Assembly (NCBI GenBank): GCA_002269645.1
Contig: NIVC01001018.1
Coordinates: forward strand, 1-64,000
From: Macrostomum lignano
Taxonomy: Eukaryota
Direction: 5' to 3'
DNA length: 64,000 nt
Under the pieces are notes generated by a model. It worked only from the letters and a program-made list of their open reading frames with translations. It ran no database searches and was not told where the DNA came from. Position numbers and translations under genes: made by a program. Shown piece after piece: positions 59,637 to 64,000 of this stretch (the stretch's first letter is position 1; every line of letters begins with the position of its first letter).

Positions 59637-61198
59637 ACTTCGTCTGCATTTTTGGGTGGGCATTTTTGTAATCAAGTGTGAAAAGCATTTCGCTTTAGAA
59701 CTTAGAAGAAACCCTATTTTAACACAGAATCCAGCTCACTATTGACTTTTGCATTCCAAAACAAATAAACAAACTAATGAAGACTAGCTTGTCATTTCAA
59801 GAAATTTTGGTATATACTCATCATACCTAGCTATCTAGAAATACTTGAAAGGTTCACTTAAGAAGGCTATAGAAATGTGTAGGAATAATATACTATAAAC
59901 TAGGCCTAGAAAGTAGTGATCTAGATGCTGTCCAATTCCCTAAGGTCTATTGCAGCCACTAGCTAAGGTATGTCATTGCAGTTAACATCTATCATAGAAT
60001 AAAAGTGTTTGGCATGCTAAATGTAAAAAGGTGTAAACCTCTGCAGTGAAGAAAGGACTAGCTTTGTTGAAAGCACTTCCTTGTATAGAGTCCTGATTCA
60101 CAATCCATCTATGATCATTATAAAAGATCTGAACATATTTACAATCAGCATATATCATATAAGCTAGCTATATAATAAGCATATAGGCCTTATTATAATT
60201 ATAGGTTGTTGTTTAAGCTATGATATACTTTTAAGAGTAGGGGGCTTAGATAAAATAGAATTAAAATGATAGACTCTTGATTTTTTTGGTATCCACACTT
60301 TTTGTTGTCTGTACTTTTTGGTACCTAGTATTTTAATATCCCAGTTTGTTTCTCAATGTCTAAAATATAAATTGAAATTAGATGCCAATAATAGAAAATA
60401 GGCTTTAATCTGTACCTTAAGTAGGCTATAAGGGTTGGACAAGATCTCGATCTCAATTGTCAAGATCTTGGCACTTTTTTCAATCTCAATTTCTGTTTTA
60501 AGATCTTGCAAAAAAACTAAGCTTTGCATTTACATGACACTATTTGAGACTATGATATTATGCAGTTATGGTAATCTTCCAGTTTGTTTCCTGATATTAT
60601 TTTCAAGTTTGAATTGGTGCTGCAACATAGTTTCATGGTAGAAAATTATGTCTATGGCCAAAAGGGATAGGAATTGGTATTAGAAAATTCTCTAGCCTCT
60701 AGCTCTTATCTACTGTTCTATCTACTGCTCCATCTATTGCTACTTTTACTGCCCTATCTATTTCTCTATCTACCACTACCTACTGCTCCATTTACTTCTA
60801 TAAAATGCTCTATCTAGTGCTCAGAAGTACTATGTTGTGGCACCAATTCAAACTTGAAAGTAATATTGCAAAACAAACTGGAAGCTTACCAATATTATCA
60901 TATTTACAATTGATATACATCAAGTTATTAATAAGCTCAATATTAAATAATGATTGTTTTTCTTTCTATTATCATCATTTTATACATTTAACAAGTAACA
61001 ACATTAGCATTGATAGACAAAATAGTGTAAATAGGCCAAGGCCTACTAGATGCTAATTAGGCATAATCTCAAATCTTGATTATCTTGAAAGTATAAATCT
61101 TGTCTTGAAAAGCTCAAAAATTTGATATTGTTCAACTTCTATTAGGCTAAAATGATAATTATAAAATAATATATATTTTACTTTAAGTAACTAAAGTA

Positions 61199-62578
61199 TG
61201 AGGATTACTTGTAAAATCTGCAATCAAACATGTATATCATTTTTGAGTCACTGCTTTGTCTTAATACTTTATACCATAGACAAATATCATACCCTATGTG
61301 CTTTAAAGCAAGAGTAGTCTTGTTTAAGCTAGGCATTTCTTTCTTACAGTGTTTTTAGTTGCACACTAATCTTATCAGTATGCTGAATAAAAAAGAAGCA
61401 AAGTGAAGCATCATTTGGTTTTTGTAAAAACAAGGGAAGTGACAAGTGGAAATTCTTTGAGAGGTGCAAGCAATGTATGCTGAATGTGCACCATCAAAAA
61501 CCATGGTCAAGAAGTGGGTGCAGCACTTTGAAGATGGCTAGGAGATGGTTGATGATCTTCCACAGAGCAGCCAGCCTTCCACCATGGTCAAAAGGTCAAA
61601 CATTAAGTTTGTGTGTTGCACTCTAGACATTGACCACCAAGACACAGTGCAAGTTATCAACCACTACTGGCATCTCATCAATGGCCATTCACTCAATCCA
61701 GATAGTTGAACTTGGTATGCCACTCATTGTTGCTCATTGAGTCCCGAAACTTTTGACTGACCAGCAGCAGCAAGAATGGGTCTAGGTGTATACTATTAAT
61801 AGCTCCCCTAGTCATATTGCAGTGATCCCAACTTTTTGGACTGGTTGACTAGGGATAAATCCTAGTTCCATTATAGTGAGCCAAAGTCTAAGATGCAGAG
61901 CAACATGTGAAAAGCCAGCCATGAGCGCATACCTGTTAAGGCCCTAACTACATCTTTAGCTGGCAAGTAAATAGCCATTGTCTTCTAGGACAAGGAGGGT
62001 ATTCTGCTCATTAAATTGCCTGCCCATGGTGCCATAGGCAGGCAATTGTTTCTCAATATCCTATTGAGAAAGGCAATTGTTTAATTGCCTTTTGGCAAAT
62101 AAACAGGCAATTGTTAATCAATAGTGAATATTACATCTAATCCTATAGAAGTGTGTGAAGCCACTAAGTCCTAGCAGTATGGCAAGCTAAGCTGTGGCAT
62201 CCTGTTTCAGCATGACAATGCTAGGCCATATACCAGCTAAGAAATAATGGCTGCCATTTCGGACCTGGGCTTTGAGGTGCTGCCACACCTACCTTACTCG
62301 CTGGACCTTGCACCCAGTGACTTCTGGCTATTCAAGAAGATGAAAACCCAAGGTTGCAAATATAATTTTCTATAGACTCTGTCATCACTATCAGCCAATA
62401 GTTAGGGGGTCTCCTGCCAATTTCTATGCTACTGGCATTGAGAAGTTGCCTGAGAGATGGTATAAGTACATAAGTCTCAAGGGTGCCTACATTGAGAAGC
62501 AAGAAAACTAGCATTACATTTGATCAATCCATTAATCAATTAGACATATTTGATTAAGGACTTTCCAAACAACTCTCA
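61199..62578 (+). mobile_element. Heavily decayed mariner transposon (pseudogenised transposase)
   Basis: Degenerate TIRs near 61199-61235 and 62545-62578 flanked by TA. Recognisable remnants of WVPKLL, GDESW, VFWD, FQHDNARP, PYSPDLAPSDFWLF with many stops. An AATTGCC-rich hairpin insert of about 85 bp lies at 62034-62119. Confidence 0.88.
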
Positions 62579-64000
62579 TATTTTATATTTTATTTCATTG
62601 ATGATTTAAATAAATTCTTTCTAGTAAATACATATCTATTGTAGCTATTAGCTAAATATATAGCTATATATTGTAGCTATATTGTAGCTAAATATTGTAG
62701 CTATTAGCATTGATATATTATACAATGTCTATATCAGTTTTTACATTTTCCATATAGCTAATATACCTAGTTTTCTAAAATAAAAAACAGGCTAGTTTAC
62801 CTTACCAAAACAGATAATGCTTTCATTATTAGATAAATAAAAAAAGTATTGTAGAGTACTTATCATGGTTTCAGTTGTTTGCTAAATAGACAAAAAGCCT
62901 TTTTCTTCTAAAACTATTTGTTTGCTAGGAAATAAGGGTAGGGATAGGAGTGGGGTGGCATGGAGAATATGGTGGAGAGCTGCTTAACAATGTCACTGTT
63001 GATACTATTAAAACACTATGGATTCCATCATTTTAAGAAACTATTTCATAATATATATGTAAAATTTATAGAAAGAATAATAAGCTTGATTAGAAACTAG
63101 TATTGAGTATTCTGGTTTAACTTTAAACATATCAAAGATACTTTTTATAAAACATGTAAGCTCATACATGCAGAGGCAAGGGCAAAATTTGTTAAGCTCA
63201 AAAATTTCGATTTTGATTTTAATTTCGATTTTGATTATAAGGAACCAAAAATTTCGATTTTGATTTCAATTTGAAAAATAATTTCGATCCATCACTACCC
63301 ATACCCTTGGCTTCCATAAAGCTAGCCTCCCACTCCACCTTACCCACACCCCTGCCTTGCCTCGACTTTGCTCACCTGTACACAGATCTTTTTTGTATGT
63401 TAAGGGCAAGGCGATGACAACCAGACACAAATTTCTTGCCTATATCACTATATATATGTATCAAAAAAATCTTTTTCCAGTAGCTATAATTGCTGCCCTC
63501 CTAGAGATTCAGTGTTAACTACTCATTTCTCTTATAAAAATACAAAAAAATTCTGTTTGGATAAGAAAATTAAATAAAAAAAATAAAACTAAAAAGTCCA
63601 TCCAATTAGGACTCAAACCTCTGTACACGCAATTACAAGGTGTGTGTATGTATTAAAGGATTTTAAAGATAGAAATTTTAAAGAAGTAACTGGTGATTGA
63701 TTCAGACAAAGAAACAGTTATAAGAAGCCAAAAAACAAAGACGCTGTGCATTTAAGCACTGTCTGTCGAGTCAACATATCATTATCAATTCATGCATGAA
63801 ATTAAATTTAAGAAAATCGGAGAATTTTGGACTTTGAATAACATATTTATAATATAACAGTAAAGCAAAATAAACAAACAACATTATTTATTTAGGCATT
63901 TTAACTTTCTCACAAATAAATTTTACTTTGTAAACATATTTTTGCAGCATAATGTTTTTTAAAGCTAATGTTTAATTTGCCTTTACATTGGCGTCTATTA

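Overview
Animal (eukaryotic) genomic DNA, not prokaryotic: GT-AG spliced genes with GC-rich exons and introns packed with private minisatellites, a style consistent with a macrostomid flatworm such as Macrostomum (inference). Six host genes were reconstructed by hand. Five are spliced models with consistent exon phases: a class II ARF GTPase (minus, partial), an 8-exon OSBP (plus, 861 aa, head-to-head with ARF), an SLC16/MCT transporter (plus), an uncharacterised 4-exon 317-aa gene with a perfect RFX X-box over its ATG (minus), and RPS17 (minus). The sixth is a 101-aa single-pass membrane protein with one coding exon (minus). Mobile DNA: an intact Chapaev (RAG1/Transib-related) transposon with perfect 226-bp TIRs and a 4-bp TSD, a decayed P element, two mariners of different age, a truncated Ty3/gypsy element, two MITEs with TSDs, and tRNA-derived SINEs. 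Most notable signals: (1) old repeats show C-to-T decay at CpG and also at CpA/TpG, including CG-to-TA conversions, resembling fungal RIP or heavy non-CG methylation; (2) the intact Chapaev element; (3) a minisatellite that multiplies an in-frame OSBP splice donor seven times; (4) a minisatellite apparently built from a Pol III A-box; (5) an orphan 28S rDNA fragment covering the R2 target site beside the RPS17 promoter.
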